Shown one piece after another: positions 48,067-56,057 of a DNA stretch of 64,000 nt. The position numbers were made by a program, and so were the translations under genes. Below the pieces are notes generated by a model. It ran no database searches and was not told where the DNA came from. It saw only the letters and a program-made list of their open reading frames with translations. The DNA lies in contig CAVYTA010000007.1 in assembly GCA_963771355.1 (NCBI GenBank), positions 448,001-512,000 on the forward strand, read 5' to 3'. This DNA comes from an uncultured Candidatus Rokubacteria bacterium. GTDB taxonomy: Bacteria > Methylomirabilota > Methylomirabilia > Rokubacteriales > CSP1-6. Position 1 is the first letter of the stretch. Every line of letters starts with the position of its first letter.

Positions 48067-49512
48067 ATGCGACTCGCTCCCAAGGTCTTTCTCGTTTCCG
48101 CCCTGGTGATCCTCGTGCTCGGCGGCGTTGCGGGCTGGAGTCTCCACGCCGTCAACGAGCTCGTCGAGGTCAACCGGGGCATCGCCACGCGCTCCGTCCC
48201 CGCGATCGAGGCTACCAGCGGGCTGCCGGAATCGTTCCGCCGGCTGGTGCGTCTGGAAGCCAAGTACTTCGTCCTCCGTGACCGCGCCTATGCCGATCTC
48301 TGGAATGAGCGGGCCACGCGCATCAGCAGCGAGCTCGACCGGCTGGGGACCTTGCTGGTCACCGACGAGGAGAAGCACTGGCACGCGGACGCGGTCGCCG
48401 CCTTCACGCGCTATCGCGCGCTGGTGGAGCAGGAGCGCGTGCTCCTCACCCGCGGGGAGACGGCGCGCGCCGAGCGGATTTCCAGCCGGGACGCGCGGGA
48501 GGCCGCCGATCACGCCGAGGCGAGCGTGGTCAAGCTCATGGCGGCGACCAACGCCGCCCTCCGGCGCGCCCAGGCGGAGGCGGGGGCGCTCGCCGGCCGT
48601 ACCTGGAACGCGGTGGTGTGGGCCCTCGTGGGCAGTCTCGGCGCCGCCCTCGCCGCCACGGGGTTTCTCGCGTTCCGGATGACGCGCGCGCTGCGCCGGC
48701 TCTCGCGGGCCACGCGTGACCTCGCCGACGGCTCGTTCACCGAGCCCTTGCCGACGAACCGGAAGGACGAGATCGGCGACCTGGCCCGCGCGTTCAACCG
48801 CATGGCCGTGCGGCTCAAGGAAGTGGACACGCTCAAGGAGGAGTTCTTCTCCCACATCTCGCACGACCTGCGAAATCCCCTCACCGGGATGCGCGGGGCG
48901 GCGCAGCTCCTCGTGCAGGGCCGGACCGGCCCCCTCCAGGAGCGGCAGATGAAGATGGTGGGGGTCATCGCCGAGAGCGCGGAGCGGATGCTGGCGATGG
49001 TGAACCAGATCCTCGAGTTCACCCGGCTGCGGGCGCATCTCATGCCGCTCGAGCGCCGGCCGGTGGACCTCGCCAAGGTCGTCGCGCGCGCCCTCGACGA
49101 GGTGCACCCGCAGGCGGAGGATGCCGGCATCGCGCTCACCACCACCACCAGCGGCGGGGACTTCTCCGTTCTCGGGGACGAGGCCGCCCTCATGCGAGTG
49201 GTGGTGAACCTCGTCAGCAACGCGGTCAAGTTCACGCCGCGCGGCGGATCCGTCCTCGCGCAGGTGCGTGACTGGGGCGCGGAGGTCGAGCTCCGGGTGA
49301 CGGACACGGGGGTCGGCATTGCCGCCGCCGAGATCCCTCACATCTTCGATCCCTACCGGCAGGCCCATACCGGCCGCAAGGGGTCCGGCCTCGGTCTCGC
49401 CGTGGTCAAGGGCTTGGTAGAGACCCACGGCGGTCGGGTGACCGTCGAGTCCGACCCCGACAAGGGAAGCTGCTTCGCGGTGACCCTGCCCCGCGCGGGG
49501 AGTCCGTCGTGA
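48067..49512 (+). CDS. Membrane sensor histidine kinase (helical periplasmic domain, HAMP, HisKA, HATPase), GlrK/QseE-like
   Basis: 2 TM, DEIGDLARAFNRM, ISHDLRNPLT, NAVKFT, GSGLGL. Confidence 0.9.
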   Translation: MRLAPKVFLVSALVILVLGGVAGWSLHAVNELVEVNRGIATRSVPAIEATSGLPESFRRLVRLEAKYFVLRDRAYADLWNERATRISSELDRLGTLLVTDEEKHWHADAVAAFTRYRALVEQERVLLTRGETARAERISSRDAREAADHAEASVVKLMAATNAALRRAQAEAGALAGRTWNAVVWALVGSLGAALAATGFLAFRMTRALRRLSRATRDLADGSFTEPLPTNRKDEIGDLARAFNRMAVRLKEVDTLKEEFFSHISHDLRNPLTGMRGAAQLLVQGRTGPLQERQMKMVGVIAESAERMLAMVNQILEFTRLRAHLMPLERRPVDLAKVVARALDEVHPQAEDAGIALTTTTSGGDFSVLGDEAALMRVVVNLVSNAVKFTPRGGSVLAQVRDWGAEVELRVTDTGVGIAAAEIPHIFDPYRQAHTGRKGSGLGLAVVKGLVETHGGRVTVESDPDKGSCFAVTLPRAGSPS

Positions 49513-50072
49513 GCCGCCCGAGTGCCGCCGCCCTGGTCGCCACGGTGGCTCTCCTTGGGTCCGGCTGCGCCACCAGCGAGTGGAAATGGCCGTCGTTGCC
49601 CTGGCCCGGCCAAACGTCCGCCAGCCCCCCGCCGTCCGCGGTCGCGGGGCCGCCCTCCCCGCCGCCGGTGCCGCCGTCCCCGCCGCCGGTGCCGTCCAGC
49701 CGCGTCGACGACCCCGTCCAGCTCGTGACCCGCGCGAACGAGCTCGCGCGCGACGGCATGCCGCTGACGGCCCGTGACGTCTACGAGCGGGTCATTCGCG
49801 ACTATCCCGAGCATCCGGTGCGTGCGGGTGCGCTCTTCGGCCTGGGGCAGCTCCAGGCCGACCCCGCCGGCCCGCTCCGGGACTACCGCGTCGCCTATCT
49901 CACTTTCGGGCGGGTGTTCGCGGAGCATCCGCGCAGCCGCTGGGAAGCCGAGGCGCGGGTCTGGCGGGGGATTCTCAACGAGCTCCTGGCGCGCGACGAC
50001 GAAGCCCAGCGGCTCCGTGCTCAGCTCCAGAAGCTCCGCCGCATCGAGGTCGATCTGGACAAGTCGCGCTAG
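49509..50072 (+). CDS. Lipoprotein with Pro-rich tether, TPR-like helices and C-terminal coiled coil (QseG-like)
   Basis: Lipobox GSGC, GTGA overlap with the kinase stop, C-terminal LQKLRRIEVDL. Confidence 0.75.
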   Translation: MSRPSAAALVATVALLGSGCATSEWKWPSLPWPGQTSASPPPSAVAGPPSPPPVPPSPPPVPSSRVDDPVQLVTRANELARDGMPLTARDVYERVIRDYPEHPVRAGALFGLGQLQADPAGPLRDYRVAYLTFGRVFAEHPRSRWEAEARVWRGILNELLARDDEAQRLRAQLQKLRRIEVDLDKSR

Positions 50073-50124
50073 CCGGCGCCGCGGGAAACTTGACAGTCGG
50101 AGTCCCGGATACCATGATCACGGC

Positions 50125-50865
50125 ATGAACAGCCTACAGCGCGCCGAGGCCGCCGATCATGCCGCCATCGAGGAGCTGGACCGCCTGGTCATCGTCAAAT
50201 CGACCATCTATACCTCCGGCGAGCGCGACCCGCGTCAGGCGCCGCCACGCCCGCCCGATCAGGGCCGGACGTACCTCATGGGGCATGACCCTCGACTGCC
50301 GAGGATGCCCGAGAAGCCGACCCTGTTCGACTTCTTCAAGTACCGCTTCGGGCCCGCCAATCACGTGCTCCAGAGCGCGCGGCTCGCCCAGAAGAACGGG
50401 ATGAGCGAGAAGATCGTCCTGGCCTGCCTGCTCCACGACATCGCCATCAGCGGGTTCATTCGCGCGGATCACGGGTACTGGGCAGCCCAGCTCCTGGAGC
50501 CCTACGTGGATCCCGAGGTGACCTTCGCCATCCGGTACCATCAGGTGCTGCGGTTCTACCCTGACGAGTCGGTGGGCTACCGCTATCCGGAGCTCTACGT
50601 GAAGCTCTTCGGCCCCGAGTTCCGTCCCGAGCCGTACCTGCACCGGGAGTACGAATACGCGACCCGCCACAAGTGGTACATGTCGGCGCGCTTGCTCACC
50701 GTGAACGACCTCTACTCCTTCGACCCCAACGCGCGTGTCGAGCTGGAGGAGTTCACGGACGTGGTAGGCCGCCACTTCCGCCAGCCGCCGGAGGGCCTGG
50801 GCCTCGACGCGAGCGCATCGGCGCACATGTGGCGGACCATCATGTGGCCGACGCGCTACCTCTAG
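50125..50865 (+). CDS. HD-domain protein (PhnZ/MIOX-like ligand pattern)
   Basis: NHVLQSA..CLLHDI..DHG..YHQ..NDLYS; TTGACA-17-CATGAT immediately upstream. Confidence 0.8.
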   Translation: MNSLQRAEAADHAAIEELDRLVIVKSTIYTSGERDPRQAPPRPPDQGRTYLMGHDPRLPRMPEKPTLFDFFKYRFGPANHVLQSARLAQKNGMSEKIVLACLLHDIAISGFIRADHGYWAAQLLEPYVDPEVTFAIRYHQVLRFYPDESVGYRYPELYVKLFGPEFRPEPYLHREYEYATRHKWYMSARLLTVNDLYSFDPNARVELEEFTDVVGRHFRQPPEGLGLDASASAHMWRTIMWPTRYL

Positions 50866-50871
50866 CCGCGG

Positions 50872-51528
50872 CTACCGCAGCGCGTGCGCGAAGGCGAGAT
50901 ACCGGAAGCTGACTTCCTCGGCGTATCGGTCCTGCGGCCGGTTCTCGGTGGCCTTGTCGGGGTTCCGGTTGTACGCGCGGAGCGCGGTGGCGTTGAAGCC
51001 ATAGCGCTGGATTTGCCAGCGTAGGTAGGTCGTCCCCACCCGGATATTGAACTTGGGATCCGCCAGCGATCCCAGCGACGCGTAGGTCCCGTTCTTCCCC
51101 ATCTCCGGCGGCGTGTACGGAAGTCCCATCCGCTTCACCACCAGCTCGGCGGTGGACGGCATGATCTGCATGAGCCCGACCTCGCCCGACTTGCCGATGG
51201 CGTCGGGCTTGAAGCCGCTCTCCTTGTCGGCGATGGCGAGGACGATGCGGAAGTCGAGGTCCGAGGCCTGGGTGATCTCGAGCAAGGTGTGCGGGAAGCC
51301 CGCGAAGTCACGGATGGTGGCCTGAGGATTCCGCTCCACGATCAGCGCGATGATCCGCTGCTCCAGCTCCACCCGCCCCTGATCGACCCGTTCCTGGGCG
51401 AGCCGTCCCTGCGTGATGCCACCCGCGTAGAACAACGGTACGGCGGCGATCAAGAGCACGAGCGCGATGACCTGAAGCCACGCGCTGCGACGCTCGACGA
51501 ACCGTCGGGCGATTGCCGTTGCCTGCAT
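50872..51528 (-). CDS. Membrane-anchored SLT-domain lytic transglycosylase
   Basis: KESGF, GEVGLMQIMPSTA, DPKFNIRVGTTYL, ALRAYN; GGAGG RBS. Confidence 0.88.
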   Translation of the reverse strand: MQATAIARRFVERRSAWLQVIALVLLIAAVPLFYAGGITQGRLAQERVDQGRVELEQRIIALIVERNPQATIRDFAGFPHTLLEITQASDLDFRIVLAIADKESGFKPDAIGKSGEVGLMQIMPSTAELVVKRMGLPYTPPEMGKNGTYASLGSLADPKFNIRVGTTYLRWQIQRYGFNATALRAYNRNPDKATENRPQDRYAEEVSFRYLAFAHALR

Positions 51529-51601
51529 GGTCTTGGTTCCTCCGGATTGAATTTCGTTCATCTTTCGTGCGCGATGCTGCGGCGTTGACGAGCAGTAAAG
51601 G

Positions 51602-51618
51602 GGCAAGCGGTGTGCCAT
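51602..51618 (-). promoter_or_regulatory. Sigma54 promoter for the SLT gene
   Basis: Minus strand ATGGCACACCGCTTGCC (TGGCAC-N5-TTGC). Confidence 0.78.
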
Positions 51619-51865
51619 GGAGACGCCCCGCGGGAAGGCTGCGACTACAGCGACATGACACCGCGCAAGTTGTTCATGCTTCAAGGTTGTCAGATCCGCC
51701 GACACCCCGGACGGGGCCCGGGGACCTTTCGGGGCGCTCCCACGAGGGAGAGGGCCTCCGCCGGGGGGGCCCTCATTTTCGAGGGCCCCCTCTCAGACCG
51801 CGGGAACCCCATCGCCGACGAAAGAATTGCAGCCAACAATTTCAGCTACTTGACGGTCATTTTCG

Positions 51866-51882
51866 CTGGCAGCGACCTTGCT
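51866..51882 (+). promoter_or_regulatory. Sigma54 promoter for the FecR-domain gene
   Basis: CTGGCAGCGACCTTGCT (GG-N10-GC); IHF-like TTTCAGCTACTTG at 51840-51852. Confidence 0.75.
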
Positions 51883-51927
51883 ATTCAGGTGGTCAAGATG
51901 TCGTCATCCCTGAAGGAGGACCACCTG

Positions 51928-53258
51928 ATGCGTGCCCACTCCTCGAGATTCGCGGCCGCGCTGCTCGCGCTGGCACTCGGCCCTACTTCTGTATTTGCTC
52001 AGACTCCCGACGCGGTCGGGGTCGTGACCACGCTGTCCGGCCACGCCACCGTGGCCCGGGTCGGCCTGACCGAGCCCGCCTCGATGCGGTTCCGCGATCC
52101 TGTCTTCACCCGGGACCGCATCAGCACCGGCGAGAAGTCCATTGTCCGGGTGTTGCTGGGCGGCAAGGCCGTGGTGACCGCGCGCGAGCTCTCCGTCCTC
52201 ACCATCAATGAGGAGCCCCTCCGCTCCACGGTCATCCTCGGCTCGGGGAAAGTGGGCGCGAGCGTGCTCAAGGACCGCATGAAGTCCGGCGAGACCATCG
52301 AGTTCCGGACACCCAATGCGGTGGCGGTGGTGCGGGGCACGGTCCTGGTGGTGGAAGTGACCGAAGGTCCGGTCCCGGCCAGCGGCGGCCCGGCACCGGT
52401 CACCACGACGGTGTCCGTGATTCACGGCGCGGTGGACGTCTTCGCCCTCAAGGGGGGAACGATGACGCCCGTGCGCGTGGGCAGTCAGGAAAGCGTGCGC
52501 GTGACGGAGGGCCGACTGGGCACACTGCAGACGCTCACGCCTCCGGAGTCGCGTGCCCTCACCGCGGACCTCGAAGTGGCCCCGGACCGGCAGCACCAGA
52601 CCAAGAGTGTCCCCCAGGACGTCCGGCGGGCGATCGGCGCGCGTGAGCAGGCCAAGGCGGCGGCGCTCGTCGGCGCTCTCGCTCCGGCGGCGGGGACAAG
52701 CGGTGCGACACGGGCCGACACCTCCGCGCTCACCGCGGACGCGGTGAAGGGCGTGACCGGCACGCTGGACGGCGAGGTCGGGTCCGTGGACAACGTGCTC
52801 CTCGAGGCCAGCCGCCCCGTGCTCGAACTCGGCGGCAAGGTCGTCGGCACGGTGGGCACCGTGGTCACCGCGACCACCGACACCGTGCTCGGGCAGGGCA
52901 CCGTCGGCACCGTGAGTGGCTCGAGCGGCAACACCGTAGGGGGCGTCGTGACTGGTATCAGTACCTCGGTAGGCGGGAGCCTCACAGGCGGCAGTCTTAC
53001 GGGCAGTAGTCTCAAGGGCAGCAGTCTCACCGGCAGCAGTCTCACGGGCACCAGCCTCACTGGCAGCAGTCTCACCTGGCAGCAGTCTCACGCGGCAGCA
53101 GTCTCACCGGCACCAGCCTCACCGGCACCAGTCCCACCAGTGGCGGTGGCGTCACCAGCACCGGCGGCGGGACCAGCCTTTTGGGTGGCGTCACGGGCAC
53201 TGTGACCGGAGTGGTGGGCCCCGTCACCGGCGCGGTGGGCGGGCTGCTGCGACGCTGA
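51928..53258 (+). CDS. Secreted FecR-domain protein with Gly/Ser/Thr-rich tail; frameshifted in the repeat region
   Basis: AAGGAGG RBS, signal peptide, DRISTGEKS, TPNAVAVVRGT. The in-frame stop is at 53205, but the repeat-consistent frame ends at TGA 53256-53258. Confidence 0.75.
52975..53138 (+). repeat. 15-bp tandem repeat (GSSLT pentapeptide), about 11 units
   Basis: Consensus GGCAGCAGTCTCACN; two units carry one extra base. Confidence 0.88.
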
Positions 53259-53289
53259 GCTCCCTTTTTCTCCGCGCTACAATGATAGG

Positions 53290-54084
53290 GTGAAGGTCTC
53301 GCTTCTCGCGCTGGGGATGTCCCTGCTCGTCTCCACCGCCGCCCTGCCGGCCAGCGCGCAAAAGCGCGTGCCGGCGAGCGGCACCGCGCCGGCGGCGCGG
53401 CCCCAGGGCCCGGTGCGCCCACGTGAGACCGACACTGCGCGGCTTGAGCGCCTGGCCGCCGAGGTGGTTCGTACCACGCGGGAGTACCGGGCAAGCCTGG
53501 AGCGAATGCTCGTCATCTACCAGGGCGAGGCCGAGAGTCTCGCCGAGCTCGTCGAGGTCCGGCGCGATCTCCACCAGCGCGAGATCGTCTCCAAGCACGA
53601 GCTCGAGATCGCGGAACGCTTGCTCGCCGAGGCGCAGGCCAAGGTGACGGAGACCGAGCGCTGGATGCAGGACGCCGACAAGATCATCGGCGAGGCCACG
53701 GTGCACAGCGAGATCGCCAAGCTGCCACCGCTGCCCTCGGGCGGTTATCTCGCCACCAGCGTCTTCATTCGCTTCAACGGCTCCGCGCCCTTCTCGCTCG
53801 CCGAGGTGCCCCGCCTGGAGCGCTTCTTCGCGGGCCGTTTCGGACGCCCGCTGCCCATCAGCGCGCTCGGCCAGAGCCAGGCGCACGACCGCATCGGCTT
53901 CGACCATCGCAATGCGGTGGACGTCGCGGTGCATCCTGACAGCCCGGAGGGCCTGGCGCTGATGGGCTATCTCCAGGGCCAGAGCATCCCGTTCGTGGCC
54001 GTGCGCCAGGCGGTGCCCGGCTCGGCCACCGGCGCCCATATCCACATCGGCCAGCCGTCGCGGAGAATCGCCGGTCGACCCTGA
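53290..54084 (+). CDS. Secreted coiled-coil protein with C-terminal putative Zn-peptidase motif
   Basis: Signal peptide, heptad region, FDHRNAVDV..GAHIHIG. Confidence 0.75.
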   Translation: MKVSLLALGMSLLVSTAALPASAQKRVPASGTAPAARPQGPVRPRETDTARLERLAAEVVRTTREYRASLERMLVIYQGEAESLAELVEVRRDLHQREIVSKHELEIAERLLAEAQAKVTETERWMQDADKIIGEATVHSEIAKLPPLPSGGYLATSVFIRFNGSAPFSLAEVPRLERFFAGRFGRPLPISALGQSQAHDRIGFDHRNAVDVAVHPDSPEGLALMGYLQGQSIPFVAVRQAVPGSATGAHIHIGQPSRRIAGRP

Positions 54085-54135
54085 CGGATTCCGGTATATT
54101 GGCGGCGATTCCGGTTTCGTCGACCGGAGGAACAC

Positions 54136-55539
54136 GTGGACGCCGCCGACTCTACCCGCACGATTCGTCCTGCCATCCTGGTGGTCGACGACGACCCCGG
54201 CCTCCGGGAGTCGTTCCGCCTGATCCTCGAGGACGAGTACGAGGTCCTCGACGTGCCGGACGGCGCGCAGGCTCTGGACATCGTCCGCTCCTACCAGGTG
54301 GATCTGGTGCTCCTCGACATCCGCCTGCCCGGCATGGACGGGCTCGAGGTCCTGGAGCGCATCAAGGCCCTCGACGAGCAGCTCGACGTGATCCTGGTCA
54401 CCGCGATCAAGACCGTCCGCACCGCGGTGTCGGCCATGAAGCTGGGCGCGCTCGACTACCTCACCAAGCCCTTCGACGAGGAGGAGGTGCTGGCCGTCAT
54501 CCGTCGGGCTCTCGAGAAGCGCGCCCTTGAGCGCGAGGTGGTCTTCCTGCGCTCCGAGCTGGCCCGCCGGGAAGACCTCTACGAGATGATCGGGCAGTCC
54601 GCCGAGATGCGGCGGCTCCACGGGCTGGTGGCCCAGGTGGCGCGCACTACCGCCACCGTGCTCATCACGGGGGAGAGCGGCACCGGCAAGGAGCTTCTCG
54701 CCCGCGCCGTTCACCGGCAGGGACCTCGCCGGGACCGGCCCTTCGTGGCGGTGAATCCGGCCGCCATCGCCGAGTCCCTCATGGAGACCGAGCTCTTCGG
54801 CCATGAGCGCGGCGCGTTCACGGGCGCGTACCAGCGCAAGCTCGGACGCTTCGAGCAGGCGCAGGGCGGCACGCTTTTCCTGGACGAGATCGGCGCGCTC
54901 CGCCCGGAGATGCAGGCCAAGCTCCTCCGCGTGCTCCAGGAACGGGAGATCGAGCGCGTGGGCGGTACCCACACCGTCAAGCTGGATCTGCGAATCATTG
55001 CGGCCACCAATACCGATCTCAAGCAGGCGGTGGCGGTCCAGACCTTCCGGGAGGACCTTTACTACCGCCTCAACGTCGTGCAGATCACCATGCCGTCCCT
55101 GCGTGACCGTCGGGACGACATCGGCGCGCTCGCCGACCACTTCGTCCGCCGCTATCGCCAGCAGTTCGGCAAGCCGATCGTGGGGGTGGCGCCCGACGCC
55201 CTGGAGACGCTGTCCGACTACTCCTGGCCGGGCAATGTGCGCGAGCTCCAGAACGTCATCGAGCGCTGCGTGGCCCTCGCGGAGGGTCCCCTCATCCGTC
55301 TCTCCGACCTGCCGCTGGAGTTCATGATCCCCGACGCGCGCAGCCGCGCGGACGCGGCCGGCAGTCTGGACCTCGAGGAAGCCCACGAGCAGTTCGAGCG
55401 GCAGATCGTCCGGCGCGTGCTGGACCGCGTGGACTGGAACCAGAGTGAGGCGGCCCGTCTCCTCGGTCTCCATCGCAACACGCTCAAGGTGAAGATGGCG
55501 CGCTGGAACCTCAAGCGGAGCGCGCCGGACTCGCGCTGA
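54136..55539 (+). CDS. Sigma54-dependent response regulator (NtrC/AtoC family; REC-AAA+-Fis HTH)
   Basis: GESGTGKE, ELFGHERGAFTGA, LFLDEIG, WPGNVREL, NQSEAARLLGLHRNTL. Confidence 0.95.
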   Translation: MDAADSTRTIRPAILVVDDDPGLRESFRLILEDEYEVLDVPDGAQALDIVRSYQVDLVLLDIRLPGMDGLEVLERIKALDEQLDVILVTAIKTVRTAVSAMKLGALDYLTKPFDEEEVLAVIRRALEKRALEREVVFLRSELARREDLYEMIGQSAEMRRLHGLVAQVARTTATVLITGESGTGKELLARAVHRQGPRRDRPFVAVNPAAIAESLMETELFGHERGAFTGAYQRKLGRFEQAQGGTLFLDEIGALRPEMQAKLLRVLQEREIERVGGTHTVKLDLRIIAATNTDLKQAVAVQTFREDLYYRLNVVQITMPSLRDRRDDIGALADHFVRRYRQQFGKPIVGVAPDALETLSDYSWPGNVRELQNVIERCVALAEGPLIRLSDLPLEFMIPDARSRADAAGSLDLEEAHEQFERQIVRRVLDRVDWNQSEAARLLGLHRNTLKVKMARWNLKRSAPDSR

Positions 55540-55743
55540 GCCTGCCCTGAGGGCCTCCGATGCACTGTCGGCAGGGCACGAGTTCTAAGCGCGCGTCGGA
55601 GTTGGAGAATTCGGATCGAGATCCGCCGTTTCCCACGGAGCTGCCCTGCGCGTGGGGCAGCGCGTCATGCAAGCTTCGGGTTCATGACGGTGAAATTCTC
55701 TGACGCCATGGCCACTTGGCGCGCAGGCGCGCCGCGCATATTC

Positions 55744-55760
55744 GTGGCGCTCGATTTGCT
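55744..55760 (+). promoter_or_regulatory. Sigma54 promoter
   Basis: GTGGCGCTCGATTTGCT (TGGC..TTGCT, GG-N10-GC), directly downstream of the activator gene. Confidence 0.75.
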
Positions 55761-55834
55761 CTATCCTCCCGCGCAGGCGGGCGCCTCATGGTGAGGTCCT
55801 CCCCGCCCAAACCTTTTGCTTGGGGGGAAGACCA

Positions 55835-55972
55835 ATGGTCAGGCTCGTTGCGATGCTAGCGATGCTCGCGTCCTTTCTGCTGGTGGGACCAGTGATCGAG
55901 TCGGGCACGTCGGAGTCCACGCAGATCTTCCAGGCCATCGGCACCGCGGACGGAAGCGGCGGGGGGGATTAG
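55835..55972 (+). CDS. 45-aa secreted prepeptide, candidate signalling peptide precursor (not in the ORF track)
   Basis: MVRLVAMLAMLASFLLVGPVIESGTSESTQIFQAIGTADGSGGGD*; GGGGGGAAG RBS, upstream sigma54 promoter, downstream hairpin. Confidence 0.65.
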   Translation: MVRLVAMLAMLASFLLVGPVIESGTSESTQIFQAIGTADGSGGGD

Positions 55973-56029
55973 GACACGCGGTATCGCTCCGATGCAGGCT
56001 GGGATGGAGCCCGCTGCCCGGTCGGGACG

Positions 56030-56057
56030 AAGGGGGGCTTCGGCCCCCCTTTGCTCT
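56030..56057 (+). terminator. Stem-loop, candidate terminator/attenuator after the peptide gene
   Basis: AAGGGGGGC-TTCG-GCCCCCCTT followed by TGCTCT; perfect 9-bp stem with cUUCGg loop and a short U-tract. Confidence 0.7.

Noticed and set aside
52975..53138. Regularly spaced repeats as a possible CRISPR array
   Set aside because: 15-bp units with no unique spacers, in frame within a coding region, and no cas genes in the window.
55992..56051. ATG 55992 plus a homopolymer frameshift as the true SBP start
   Set aside because: The G6 and C6 runs pair perfectly as a hairpin, so their lengths look genuine, and TTG 56051 already gives a plausible signal sequence. Not fully excluded.
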